A stretch of 48,555 nucleotides of DNA from Candidatus Lloydbacteria bacterium RIFCSPLOWO2_01_FULL_50_20. Its GTDB lineage: Bacteria; Patescibacteriota; Minisyncoccia; Phycocordibacterales; UBA6899. This document shows, in pieces, positions 26,808-36,687 of this stretch; within the stretch, counting starts at the first letter, position 1; the number at the start of each line of letters is the position of its first letter. The stretch is from positions 1 to 48,555 of the forward strand of contig MHLP01000038.1 of the NCBI GenBank assembly GCA_001821435.1, given 5' to 3'. The position numbers and the translations under genes are program-made. The notes under the pieces were generated by a model. The model made no database searches and was not told where the DNA came from. It saw nothing but the letters and a program-made list of their open reading frames with translations.

Positions 26808-28004
26808 CTATTTGTTTATTAATGTTGAGAACTTATTGGCAAAGATAACTTCGATGGCAAGAAATGGATCCTCGAGATCCGGGTCGACCAAATGAACAAA
26901 TTTGTTCAAAAAAGTGTTTCCCAGCGACCTGACCACGAACACCCCTCCTTCCTGAGAGAACTGTTCAAAATTCGTTTCGCGGATCGCTCTCTCGAACCAT
27001 TCAGTGATGTTGTCATCTGCAGTATAGAATATTGCGCGCGGAATGGGAAATTCTTTGGCAAAACGCTGCAGTGCGTCACGGAAAGAAACCTGCCATTCCT
27101 TCGTGGTTTTGCCAAGCACCTCCTCGATCATTTTTGCATGTTCGGGCGTCGAACGATGGTCGGAGTAAAGCTCAAGTTCCGAGACGGCGAGCGCGGGTGT
27201 CGTTTTCATTTTTTCCACAAGCGCCCGAATGAGCTTGTTCTTTCCCGCCGGAAAAGAAATAGACTGTAAAAGCACATTATCTTTCGCGAGAGAAATATCA
27301 GTGACCTCGCCGGCGATATCCATAAAGAGAAAAGAAGATTCGTCCGGAAAGATATCACGAATGGTATCAAATGCGGTGAATGAGAATGAAGAGAAATGCA
27401 GCCCGCGCGGATGCCAAAATTTAGCGATCGATTCGTTGATCGACGCGCGTATGCTTCCCGGTATCATGCTGATATAGACCGCGACCTCAAGTTCGGACGC
27501 TTTTTTTCCGTAGGGATCTTTCATTTCGTAACCGTTCAGTTTGATCTGTATGATCTTTGATTCCACGATCTCCGGCGGCGTGTCCCCTCCTTTCGAGCGG
27601 GTAAAAAGTTTTGACTCGCGAAAGAGCTCGATCTCCTTTTTAATGAGCTTATCAAGTCCGTCGGCCGTTATCGCAAAAGGGGTCTCCTGACTGTATTTGA
27701 TCAGTCGGGTCTGCGAGGCATACCAGGGTGAAGCCAAGACGCAATACGCCTGATCGACACGAGTTCTTCCGCCCGCCTTCTGCATGAGCGCAAAAAGTTC
27801 TTCAAGCGTTTTGATCATGGAATTAAGAAAACGGTCAAAGTTCAGTTTTTCCTGAAAGGGAATATCCCGGCGTGTCGTGAAAATAATATCCGGAACTTTT
27901 CCGGTGTTGAGCTCTACGAATGCTCCTCCGATCGAGGCGCTTCCGATATCGAAAATAACAGCAAAGCGCCGCCCGTTCTTTTCTCTGTGTGGGAACAGAT
28001 CCAT
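26808..28004 (-). CDS. FtsA/PilM-like actin-fold protein
   Basis: IFDIGSASIGG and FMDIAGEVTDI phosphate motifs. Start at MDLFP, 7 nt after TATAAT. Confidence 0.75.
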   Translation of the reverse strand: MDLFPHREKNGRRFAVIFDIGSASIGGAFVELNTGKVPDIIFTTRRDIPFQEKLNFDRFLNSMIKTLEELFALMQKAGGRTRVDQAYCVLASPWYASQTRLIKYSQETPFAITADGLDKLIKKEIELFRESKLFTRSKGGDTPPEIVESKIIQIKLNGYEMKDPYGKKASELEVAVYISMIPGSIRASINESIAKFWHPRGLHFSSFSFTAFDTIRDIFPDESSFLFMDIAGEVTDISLAKDNVLLQSISFPAGKNKLIRALVEKMKTTPALAVSELELYSDHRSTPEHAKMIEEVLGKTTKEWQVSFRDALQRFAKEFPIPRAIFYTADDNITEWFERAIRETNFEQFSQEGGVFVVRSLGNTFLNKFVHLVDPDLEDPFLAIEVIFANKFSTLINK

Positions 28005-28171
28005 AAGCAAAATTATAACACACTTTTTGCTGTCATAAGAAAAACGTTTCGCGAGGAAACTGTTCCAAAACCGCCTTGATCCGGCGTATACCCTGTGCAA
28101 TCGCCGCTATGCATCGAAGACGCTGCAAACTGGCGGAGTGCGGTACTTCAGAAAGTAGGCGCTCCTCTAAC

Positions 28172-30007
28172 TTATTCGAGTACAGCTTTTATACGTCTTA
28201 TACCCTGAGCCACTGCTTCCTCTTTGAGTATCCGAAAATGACCGAGTTCGCTTGTATTGTTCACATGCGGCCCGCCGCAGAATTCAATGGAAAAACGTTT
28301 GTCGAATTGCGGGTTTTCTGGTGTCGCATCTTTCGGACCGACGGAATAGACGGAAACACGCTCGGGATATTTTTGACCGAATTCATGTTCCGCGCCGAGC
28401 TTCTCCGCTTCTTCAAGCGGCATTTCGCTTCGGATGACCGGGAGCGCCTCAGTGATCTTTTCATTCACGATCCGCTCCACTTCTTTCTTTTGTTCGTCGG
28501 TCATTTTTTGTCCGTACGCAAAATCGATCCTCAGGCGTTCCTCGGTGATATTCGAACCCCGCTGATGCACCTCCGGGCCAAGCACGATCTGGAGCGCCCG
28601 CAAGAGCAAGTGATGTGCCGTGTGGAGGCGCACGGTTTTTTCGGCATGATCCGCGAGACCACCGGCAAATTTCTGCGCGGCACCGGAACGCGAAAGTGCC
28701 TGGTGCTCTTCCATTTTCTTTTTCATCGCGTCCATATCAACCGTTATTCCCCTCTCCTGCGCTATCTCCGCAGTAAGTTCAATTGGAAATCCGTAGGTAG
28801 TGAAGAGGAGAAAGGCGTCAATGTTCCGCCCCATCTTCTCAAGTTCCCGCGTTCCTTGTGCGAGAGTAAGCAGAAACTTGTTCTCTTCATCAATGATAAG
28901 TTTTTGAATCTCACTCTGCTTAGGAATGAGGTGCGGATATTCTCCTTTGTATATATTGATAAAAGTCTCGGCGATCCACCCCAAGGAAAGAAACGAGCCG
29001 TCTGACGGATTTGGCTTTAGTTTGTTGATAAACAACATACTTCGGCGCAGTAAACGCCGAAGAATGTAACCTTGCTCGGTGTTTGACGGCCGTACCCCCG
29101 CCGCCATAATGAACACTGCCGCGCGCATATGATCAAGGACTATTCTGATGGCGCGGGTTACCTTCGCATCCTCCCCATATTTCTTGCCCGATAATTCCTC
29201 AAGTGTTCCCCGACATTGTTTAAAAATATCGATCTTAAAGATATCCGGCGTGTCTAACACTGCCACAGCGATACGCTCGAGGCCGCCGCCAAAATCCACA
29301 TTCTGCTTCGGGAGTTTGCCGAAAGTTCCGTCGGCATTTTTGATGTACTCCATAAACACCGAATTTCCGATTTCCATAAACCGTCCGCAGTCGCAGTTGG
29401 GGTGACATTTTGCTCCGAACTTCGGATCATGCGCCACACTGGTGAATTCGTAAAAAATCTCCGAATCCGGTCCACCAGGTTCTCCTGCCGGCATTTTGTC
29501 GGGAGCACCGGAACGACTCCACCAATTTTTCTTCGCATCGTAAAAAAGTATGCGCTCTTCGGTCATGCCGATCTTTTTCCAGATCTCCGCCGACTCAGTG
29601 TCTTTTGGCAGACCAAACTTTTCGTCACCCGCAAAACAGGTGACCCAAAGACGCTCTCTCGGAAGTTTCAGATCTTTCGTCAAAAACTCATAGATCCACG
29701 GCAACTGCTCTTTCTTAAAGTAGTCACCCAGTGACCAGTTCCCCAGCATTTCAAAGAAGGTAGTATGACGATTGTCTCCGACCTCTTCAATATCCCCCGC
29801 GCGGAATGAAAGTTGAGAATTTGCAAGTCGGACTCCCCCTGGATGAGGTTGGCCAAGAAGGTACGGCACCAAAGGTTGCATACCACTACTTGTAAAAAGC
29901 GTTGTGGGATCGTTCTCGGGCACAAGTGATGCCGACGGGAGAATAGTATGTCCGCGTTCTTTAAAGAACTCGAGAAATCGTGTGCGAATGTCGGTTGATG
30001 AAAGCAT
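28172..30007 (-). CDS. alaS: Alanine--tRNA ligase (lacking C-Ala domain)
   Basis: LFTSSGMQP, HTTFFEMLGNWS, editing motifs HTAHH and EFCGGPH; ends at GIRRIKAVLE. Confidence 0.97.
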   Translation of the reverse strand: MLSSTDIRTRFLEFFKERGHTILPSASLVPENDPTTLFTSSGMQPLVPYLLGQPHPGGVRLANSQLSFRAGDIEEVGDNRHTTFFEMLGNWSLGDYFKKEQLPWIYEFLTKDLKLPRERLWVTCFAGDEKFGLPKDTESAEIWKKIGMTEERILFYDAKKNWWSRSGAPDKMPAGEPGGPDSEIFYEFTSVAHDPKFGAKCHPNCDCGRFMEIGNSVFMEYIKNADGTFGKLPKQNVDFGGGLERIAVAVLDTPDIFKIDIFKQCRGTLEELSGKKYGEDAKVTRAIRIVLDHMRAAVFIMAAGVRPSNTEQGYILRRLLRRSMLFINKLKPNPSDGSFLSLGWIAETFINIYKGEYPHLIPKQSEIQKLIIDEENKFLLTLAQGTRELEKMGRNIDAFLLFTTYGFPIELTAEIAQERGITVDMDAMKKKMEEHQALSRSGAAQKFAGGLADHAEKTVRLHTAHHLLLRALQIVLGPEVHQRGSNITEERLRIDFAYGQKMTDEQKKEVERIVNEKITEALPVIRSEMPLEEAEKLGAEHEFGQKYPERVSVYSVGPKDATPENPQFDKRFSIEFCGGPHVNNTSELGHFRILKEEAVAQGIRRIKAVLE

Positions 30008-30120
30008 GCCTAAGATTATAGCGAGTTTCCGACATCACCGGGTGGTTGACAAAATATGTAAATTGTATACTATTTATCCAGCTTGTTTTCGAGATGTTCC
30101 ACTCCACTTAGGGAAAATAT

Positions 30121-30468
30121 ATGTCTGAACACACAAGGATTCGAGTGTTGTTGCCCCGCAGGTCCGCACCTACTTTGGTTCTTTGTGAGTGTAGTCGAAA
30201 GGCACTTGAAGAATTTAATCAGTCATGTGGGCTTTTCGCGGAATGTTGGGTAGATCGCTTTTACATTCAAGATGTATCGCAAGAAGAGCCAGCAATCGCC
30301 GAAGAATTAAAATCTAGCCTCGAAGCGGCCGAGGAGAGTGCGCAACTGTTCTATGCGCATCTCGCAAAATACGTCGATCCGGCGGGTTTATGGCTTTTTC
30401 GGCGAGGGAAACTGAGCGAGGAAAAGTTGCTGGCAAATGTGAAGTGGACTTTTGCAAATTACGCATAG
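30121..30468 (+). CDS. Hypothetical protein (stand-alone antisense islet)
   Basis: Upstream TTGACA..TACTAT and AGGGA SD; downstream terminator. Confidence 0.65.
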   Translation: MSEHTRIRVLLPRRSAPTLVLCECSRKALEEFNQSCGLFAECWVDRFYIQDVSQEEPAIAEELKSSLEAAEESAQLFYAHLAKYVDPAGLWLFRRGKLSEEKLLANVKWTFANYA

Positions 30469-30490
30469 GTTTTTTTACACCCTTATCCTC

Positions 30491-30530
30491 AAGCCGCTGT
30501 ATGGGTTCGCCCAGAACAGCGGCTTTTTTT
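30491..30530 (+). terminator. Intrinsic terminator
   Basis: AAGCCGCTGT..ACAGCGGCTT stem followed by a T-tract. Confidence 0.8.
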
Positions 30531-30548
30531 GTATTCAATTTTTTTGCT

Positions 30549-30588
30549 TATACCTAACTCGTTGTCGAACGACAACGAGTTAGGTATA
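30549..30588. repeat. Perfect 19-bp-arm palindrome
   Basis: TATACCTAACTCGTTGTCG-AA-CGACAACGAGTTAGGTATA. Confidence 0.9.
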
Positions 30589-30595
30589 GGGGGTT

Positions 30596-31141
30596 TTAGC
30601 GAATTTTCCGCGTTTCTTCGCCACAAAGATCGAGGATCGTCGAGGGTTTTCCGTCAATCTCTCCCCCGTCAATATAGAAATCGACAGCGGTGCCGAAATA
30701 CTTTTGCGCTTGTTCGATAGTTTGCGCCGGTGGCTGCCCCTCGATATTTGCCGACGGTGCAACGATGGGGCCGGCTTCGCGGAGAAGCTTGCGCAGCTCT
30801 TCTTTATCCGGAAGACGAAATGCTATCGTTCCCAGGCCGCGATGCAGATAATCGAAGTCATCGTCGGCTGTCGGAAGTATTATCGAATACGGTCCGGGCC
30901 AATAAGTATTCAAGTGCGCGGAAAGTCTATCCGAAAGCACGACACCGAATCGTTCAAGATCATCGATGTCAGCGACGAGGACGATCAGCGGCTTTTGGGG
31001 GTCGCGCTCTTTGAGGGTATAGATACGTTCGACGGTCTCCGGTAAGAGCGCAGAGCCCACGATGCCGTAGAGGGTGTCAGTAGGAAGAATCCCCACACAC
31101 CCTTCTCCAAGCGCACGAACAATTTGCTCCCATTGTTCCAT
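30596..31141 (-). CDS. tsaC: L-threonylcarbamoyladenylate synthase (TsaC/Sua5/YrdC)
   Basis: PTDTLYG, KERDPQKPL, WPGP, APSANIEG, PSTILD. Confidence 0.93.
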   Translation of the reverse strand: MEQWEQIVRALGEGCVGILPTDTLYGIVGSALLPETVERIYTLKERDPQKPLIVLVADIDDLERFGVVLSDRLSAHLNTYWPGPYSIILPTADDDFDYLHRGLGTIAFRLPDKEELRKLLREAGPIVAPSANIEGQPPAQTIEQAQKYFGTAVDFYIDGGEIDGKPSTILDLCGEETRKIR

Positions 31142-31143
31142 GT

Positions 31144-31590
31144 CTACTGAAGCCGCCCGCCTGGGTTGTTCCAATCAGGCGGAATAAACGTTTGCGCACT
31201 CGGATCGGATGGCTCACGCAAGCCGGTCATTTCCTTGCCGCGCGGAGTCAGACCTTGTTCCGCGTACACCTCGATGAATCTCCCGATATCGTTCAACGCC
31301 CTTCTGATCTCCAATTCTTTTTCCTTGCGCTGTTCTGAGTCTTCGATCTTTTCAAGACATTCGACGTCCTCGCGTAAACCCTCAAGCATTTCTTTTGCCT
31401 GTATCACTTCGATAGTTACGGAGCGGGCAAGAAGAAGAGGCTGAAGCAATTGGATAAGGGCTCCGACCTCCGTCCGATACTCGTTGTTCCCCTCGATGAC
31501 CGTATCAGGCATCCCGTGGTAATATTCGGAAGAGAATGGCGCATTGGTTTTCTCTTGCTCTCCATCGCCGCTCCGTTCAATTTTTTTCAT
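31144..31590 (-). CDS. Hypothetical protein
   Basis: 148-aa helical ORF in tight operon spacing. Confidence 0.7.
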   Translation of the reverse strand: MKKIERSGDGEQEKTNAPFSSEYYHGMPDTVIEGNNEYRTEVGALIQLLQPLLLARSVTIEVIQAKEMLEGLREDVECLEKIEDSEQRKEKELEIRRALNDIGRFIEVYAEQGLTPRGKEMTGLREPSDPSAQTFIPPDWNNPGGRLQ

Positions 31591-31622
31591 AGATGAAAAT
31601 TTAGATGTTTAATTTGATAATA

Positions 31623-32033
31623 CTATTGCGGTCGGTCTTCCCAATCATGCGGAACAACGACGTTTGTTTTATCTGGGTTGGCCGGCAAATTCACTCCGTG
31701 ATCATCACGAATATGTTTGTCTATTTGCAGTTTGTTGCTGAGATCGACCGGCTCACGAGTGCTTTCCATCAGCTCATCGATGCGCGCTCGAATTTTCTCT
31801 TGATAGTCTGGATCGGTCGTCTGTGCATATCGGTCAAGCCCATTGAGTGTGTTTTGAATGTTTTTTATCACTTCAACAAGAGCAAGATTGGGTACTTTTT
31901 CCGCCCTTGCTTTCGCAAGCTGATCTCTGAGCTGAAAGCGGATCGAATCAATATCACTCATCACGGTATCGCCGGTTTCATTTCCGCTCGAAACATCATC
32001 ATTGTCCGCCGTGAGATCTTTTTCTTTTGACAT
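31623..32033 (-). CDS. Hypothetical protein
   Basis: Acidic helical ORF; start at MSKEK. Confidence 0.7.
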   Translation of the reverse strand: MSKEKDLTADNDDVSSGNETGDTVMSDIDSIRFQLRDQLAKARAEKVPNLALVEVIKNIQNTLNGLDRYAQTTDPDYQEKIRARIDELMESTREPVDLSNKLQIDKHIRDDHGVNLPANPDKTNVVVPHDWEDRPQ

Positions 32034-32115
32034 GAAGTGAATGATTATCTGATCGTTATAAAAAGCACTAATACATAATATAGAGAATCGTTCAGCTCCC
32101 GCTGAACTCCGCATT

Positions 32116-32817
32116 TCATTCAGGAAGGATCACCGAACCGATCTTTGTTTCAAGAGCGCTCTTTATCATGTCCACTCCCACTATCTTTATGGTAAGCCCG
32201 TGCTCTTTCGCCAGCGCGATCGCGGACTGATCAGCAGCCTTCAGGTTTTGTTCAAGCACCTTGCTTCCCGTGATGCTTTTGATAAAAGTCGCTCGTTTGT
32301 TCTTCTTCGGATCGCCGGTATAGAGCCCGTCGACACCGTTCTTCGCCATGATAAGCATGTCTGCGCCCATCTCGAGCGCGCGCTGAACGGCGGTCGAATC
32401 CGTCGTAAAATACGGCGCCCCGAGTCCTGCGGCAAAGATCATGATGCGTCCCTTTTCCATATGTCGGAGAGCGCGCTTCGGAATGTAACTTTCACAGATC
32501 TGCGGCATTGCGATCGCGGATGAAACCCGTGTGGCAATGCCTTTCGTCTGGAAATAATCACGGAGAATGAGTGCGTTCTGGACCGTCGCCAGCATACCGA
32601 TATAATCAGCGGTCGGCCGCTCTATGGAAAGTTTCTCGGTCAATTTGTGTCCGCGGAAAAGATTGCCGCCGCCGATCACCAAGGCGATCTGGTGTCCTTG
32701 TGATTGCAATGCCCGGATCTGCTCGGCAATGCGTTCGAGTACGGGTTCCGCATAAAAACTACCATCGCCCCCTCTTTCGCTCAGACTTTCTCCGGAAAGC
32801 TTTATTAACAATTTCAT
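32116..32817 (-). CDS. pyrH: UMP kinase
   Basis: KLSGESL, GGGNLFRG, ADYIGMLAT, PYFTTDS. Confidence 0.96.
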   Translation of the reverse strand: MKLLIKLSGESLSERGGDGSFYAEPVLERIAEQIRALQSQGHQIALVIGGGNLFRGHKLTEKLSIERPTADYIGMLATVQNALILRDYFQTKGIATRVSSAIAMPQICESYIPKRALRHMEKGRIMIFAAGLGAPYFTTDSTAVQRALEMGADMLIMAKNGVDGLYTGDPKKNKRATFIKSITGSKVLEQNLKAADQSAIALAKEHGLTIKIVGVDMIKSALETKIGSVILPE

Positions 32818-32882
32818 TACCAGAATAGTCTATCAGTTACGCCGCTTTTTTTCTAGCGGTGTGTCATGCCATGATCTCCGGT

Positions 32883-33899
32883 TCATGCCAACCTGCCCGC
32901 ATACTTTGCCCGGCGGTCCCCCTCGTCTTCGATCTCCCCCACGATCTCTTCAAGAATATTTTCCATAGTCACCAGCCCGACGATCTTCTCCGGCCACCCA
33001 GCCCTGTGCACCAGATACATGTGCGAGCGTTCCTTGCCCATCAGGCGAAAGACCGCCTGGATCGGGAGCTGTTCGTCGACGGCAGTAAGCGGTGAAATGA
33101 AGAGTGCAAGAGGCTTATCGCGGTCGTCTGAATTGAGCACGCGCATGACGTCATTGGTGTGAACATAGCCGATATAATTTCCCGGGTTTCCATCATAAAC
33201 CGGAAGGCGCGAGAATCCTGATTGTGAGACATAATAGGCGATCTGCTCGACCGGCACGGCACCGGAGAGCGCGTCGATCTTCTTTTTTGGCGTCATGACA
33301 TCGCCGACGGGTATATCGTCGAACTCAAAAATATTTTCGATCATTTCCCTCTCTTCTTTATCGATCTCGCCGTGCTCCAAGCCAAGTTCTGCCATGATGC
33401 GGATCTCTTCTTCCGAAACAACACTCGCTGAGCTCATGAGCGAATACTTCTTCCACCGTTCCTCGATCCATACAAAAAGACTGGAGACGGGATAAAGAAG
33501 TATGTAGAAGAAATACATATAGTACGCCATCCACCTCGAAACGCGCTTGCGATACGTATAAGCAAATGTCTTCGGAAATATTTCGCCCAGCACCAACACG
33601 ACGACCGTCGTGAGCCCCGTCGCAATTCCGGCGCCGATAGAGCCGAAGTAAGCGATCGCAATGACGGTAGCGAGCGATGCGATCGAAATATTCACGATGT
33701 TGTTTCCGATAAGGATTGTCACGAGCAGACGCTGCGGATGTTCTTTGAGCTTTGCGACCAGCCGCGCACCCCATTCACCGTTACGCTCCATAAGACGAGT
33801 CTGACTTTCGCGAAGTGAAAAAAGCGCCGTTTCTGACGCGGAAAACATTGCGGAGAGAGTGATCAAAACAAAAAAAACGAAGATCTCGGTGATATCCAT
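32883..33899 (-). CDS. Hemolysin/CNNM family protein (DUF21 + CBS pair, no CorC domain)
   Basis: FSASETALFS, ILIGNN, GEIFPK, SGFSRLPVY, ENILEEIVGEIEDE. Confidence 0.9.
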   Translation of the reverse strand: MDITEIFVFFVLITLSAMFSASETALFSLRESQTRLMERNGEWGARLVAKLKEHPQRLLVTILIGNNIVNISIASLATVIAIAYFGSIGAGIATGLTTVVVLVLGEIFPKTFAYTYRKRVSRWMAYYMYFFYILLYPVSSLFVWIEERWKKYSLMSSASVVSEEEIRIMAELGLEHGEIDKEEREMIENIFEFDDIPVGDVMTPKKKIDALSGAVPVEQIAYYVSQSGFSRLPVYDGNPGNYIGYVHTNDVMRVLNSDDRDKPLALFISPLTAVDEQLPIQAVFRLMGKERSHMYLVHRAGWPEKIVGLVTMENILEEIVGEIEDEGDRRAKYAGRLA

Positions 33900-33902
33900 T
33901 GA

Positions 33903-34778
33903 TTAGATCGAAAGGCTCTTGAGATACGAACGAAATCCGGGGCCGATATCGTCGCGTTTGAGCGCATACTCGACGACCGCCTTGAGATAATTCAGCGGAT
34001 CGCCCGTCGTGAGCCATTCCCCGTCTTTGACTTCTTCGACCATAAAACGGCCTCCGCCTCGGACATATTCACTGATCGCATCGGTTACCCAGAGCTCCCC
34101 GCCTTTTCCGAGCTTTGTCCGCTTGAGGATCTCGACGATCTCGGGGGTAAGCACCATGCGACCAAATTGCGCGAGGCGCGAGGGCGCTTTCCCGACGGCG
34201 GGTTTTTCAACGACAAGTTCCATTTCTTTCGTGCCCGGACGAAGTTTCACGATGCCGTAACGATCCACATGTTCTCTCGGTACGGCCTGCACGCCGATGA
34301 CCGGTGATCCGTTCTTCTCAAAATTTTCGATCAGGCTTTTGGTGAATGGTTTCTTGGAGAGCACGAGATCATCTCCCCACGCAAAGACGAAAGGCTCGCC
34401 TTCGACCAAATTCGCCGCAGAGAGAATGGGCGTCCCGTTCCCATATGGTCCTTTTTGGCGGACATAAATGAAATTCGCCATTGTCGAGATCCTGCGGACA
34501 TCGTCGAGTAATTTCTTTTTACCCGCCTGCTCAAGAGCGTATTCCAGTTCGAACGAGCGATCGAAATGATCTTCGAGGGTTTTTTTGTCCCACTTTGTCA
34601 CCAGAATGATGTCGGTAATGCCTGAGGCGACCATCTCTTCAACAACATACTGAACGATCGGCTTGTCGACGATCGGTAGCATCTCTTTCGGCTGAGCTTT
34701 TGTTGCGGGCAAAAAGCGCGTTCCGCTCCCCGCTACCGCAATAACTGCCTTCCGTATCTTGGTGGGAGAATTTTTCAT
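33903..34778 (-). CDS. galU: UTP--glucose-1-phosphate uridylyltransferase
   Basis: AGSGTRFLPATKAQPKEMLPIVDKP, VEKP. Confidence 0.92.
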   Translation of the reverse strand: MKNSPTKIRKAVIAVAGSGTRFLPATKAQPKEMLPIVDKPIVQYVVEEMVASGITDIILVTKWDKKTLEDHFDRSFELEYALEQAGKKKLLDDVRRISTMANFIYVRQKGPYGNGTPILSAANLVEGEPFVFAWGDDLVLSKKPFTKSLIENFEKNGSPVIGVQAVPREHVDRYGIVKLRPGTKEMELVVEKPAVGKAPSRLAQFGRMVLTPEIVEILKRTKLGKGGELWVTDAISEYVRGGGRFMVEEVKDGEWLTTGDPLNYLKAVVEYALKRDDIGPGFRSYLKSLSI

Positions 34779-34790
34779 ACGCGCAGGAAA

Positions 34791-35306
34791 TTAACTTTCA
34801 TTTTCGTGCTCTCGCCGAGGGCGTCTGGCGCTTTCGATGAACTCTTCTTCGATATCGGTCCGTGCCGTACGCACAAATCTCTCTTCGACATACCAGAGCA
34901 CCTCGAAAATGACCAAGGTAAGAAATGTGACATACGCGGCGATAACGTAGAGACCGAATCCCGCAGCGGCACCGACAGCCGCGACGACCCAAAGTCCCGC
35001 AGCGGTCGTAAGCCCGGTCAGTATCTGCCGTTGAACGAATATCACTCCCGCACCAAGAAAACCGATGCCGACAACGATCTGCGACATCACGCGCAGCGGA
35101 TCAAACACGAATGTTTCAGCATATTGGTATGAAATAACTCCGGCAATAACGACAAAAAGCGCCGCCCCCAAAGCAACGAGTGCATAGGTGCGCATACCGG
35201 CACGTTTTCCCACACGGGAACGTTCTGCACCTACCAAAAGTCCCAAAAAAGCCGCTACGGTAAGGCGGAGCACGAGATCCCACTCTGACACGGCAAAAAG
35301 TTCCAT
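34791..35306 (-). CDS. MgtC/SapB family membrane protein
   Basis: GAER..AGMRT, QIVVGIGFLGAG, GLTTAAGLW. Confidence 0.93.
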   Translation of the reverse strand: MELFAVSEWDLVLRLTVAAFLGLLVGAERSRVGKRAGMRTYALVALGAALFVVIAGVISYQYAETFVFDPLRVMSQIVVGIGFLGAGVIFVQRQILTGLTTAAGLWVVAAVGAAAGFGLYVIAAYVTFLTLVIFEVLWYVEERFVRTARTDIEEEFIESARRPRREHENES

Positions 35307-35369
35307 GAAGATTTATAGTATACCCTCACCCCACCCAAAGAAGCAATAAGGGTCTTGGTGGCGCACAAA

Positions 35370-36230
35370 CTATAGCGTAACCGGGCAAACCTGTTCTCCC
35401 TCCTTCAAGACCGATGCTATCCGCGTTTTATTGATCCCGATACGTGCAAGCGGCGCAGGATCCTTAAGGATATCCTGGCAAAGCACGACACCTTCATTGA
35501 GCAATTGTGATTTATGTGCCGGCGTAAGCGTCGTCAAACAGGTGATGGGATGAGTCTGTGTTTCCTGTACGATGTCCTGAAGCGTATTGCCTTTCGGATA
35601 ATTCCATCCGGTGAGCGAGAGCCCGGAACAGGAGCCGTATTGAATCGCCTGAGAAGTGAAGTGCGTATTCGTGATGAGCCATGCGTGCGTGAACCGCTCC
35701 CCTGGCTCCTCCTCGGCAAGCCGTTTCTCGATATCCGCAAAACGCGCAGAAACATAAAGCGCCACTTTGACATCGGACCGTATCTCCGGAGAATTATGGA
35801 ACTTTGCTTCGACAAGGATGCGCTCGTCATTTTTTTCCGCAGTGACATCGACTTCATGCGCGATGCAGAATCCCCTGACGATCTGGCCGACCTTGGTATG
35901 ATAACCGCGCGCATTCAAAATTTTCGCCACGAAGCGTTCGAACGGAAAACCGGAAGGACCCAATTGGGCGATCGCCCGTCGCAAGCTGTATTGCGCCGCG
36001 CTTGGCCTGTCATAACGCTTCAGGAACGAAAAGGCGTGCGCATAAATTTCGTTCGTGCGAAGGCCGTCGCGCAGGTCTTTTTCGATGTGTCTGACGATTT
36101 CCTGGACGACATCGTTACTCGCCTTCGCTGCTCGCAGAGAGCGCTCAAGTTTCTGTGCATCCCAAAGCTCGCGTTCCCCTGAAGCCTTGACGATATAGAT
36201 GGGCATAGCTCCCGCCGATGAATTTTTCAT
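35370..36230 (-). CDS. ATP-cone + Mrr-like restriction endonuclease domain protein
   Basis: IVKASGERELWD..KL (ATP cone); GPSGFPFERFV, HEVDV, VEAKFH (PD-(D/E)xK). Confidence 0.85.
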   Translation of the reverse strand: MKNSSAGAMPIYIVKASGERELWDAQKLERSLRAAKASNDVVQEIVRHIEKDLRDGLRTNEIYAHAFSFLKRYDRPSAAQYSLRRAIAQLGPSGFPFERFVAKILNARGYHTKVGQIVRGFCIAHEVDVTAEKNDERILVEAKFHNSPEIRSDVKVALYVSARFADIEKRLAEEEPGERFTHAWLITNTHFTSQAIQYGSCSGLSLTGWNYPKGNTLQDIVQETQTHPITCLTTLTPAHKSQLLNEGVVLCQDILKDPAPLARIGINKTRIASVLKEGEQVCPVTL

Positions 36231-36234
36231 GCTT

Positions 36235-36687
36235 TTATTTCGGATTGTTTTCCAGATTGAGGATCGTTCCTCTTGGATCCTGCCACGCCGTCTCGACCAA
36301 ATTGACAGGGACACTCTCTCCGTTGACCCGAAGGATCATTTTTGCATCCTCGGGCGCATCCGTAATTGCCTCGAAAGGATAGGTCGTTGTGATCTGAAAA
36401 CAAAGACGCGGATCGAGCATTTTGTCCCTTGTCGTGAGGCTCAGAATGACACTATTCGGCATTTTTGCGTTTGAGGAGACTAAGGGATCAAGCTGGTCAT
36501 AGCAGGAATGCGGAAGGCGGAGTGCGCCAATGTAACGATGCACGCCGTCCTTATACGCATGCATAATAGTGATCGTATTTGATGAAGGCGGCGCTGAGGT
36601 CGGAGGATTTAATGACAAGCCCTGAAAAAGAAACCAGAGAATGAGTCCGGAAAAGACGAACGCTACAATGGTTATCCACTTGATCAT
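36235..36687 (-). CDS. Membrane-anchored hypothetical protein
   Basis: N-terminal TM; LPHSC and CFQITT Cys pair; TAAGAT 8 nt before the ATG. Confidence 0.75.
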   Translation of the reverse strand: MIKWITIVAFVFSGLILWFLFQGLSLNPPTSAPPSSNTITIMHAYKDGVHRYIGALRLPHSCYDQLDPLVSSNAKMPNSVILSLTTRDKMLDPRLCFQITTTYPFEAITDAPEDAKMILRVNGESVPVNLVETAWQDPRGTILNLENNPK

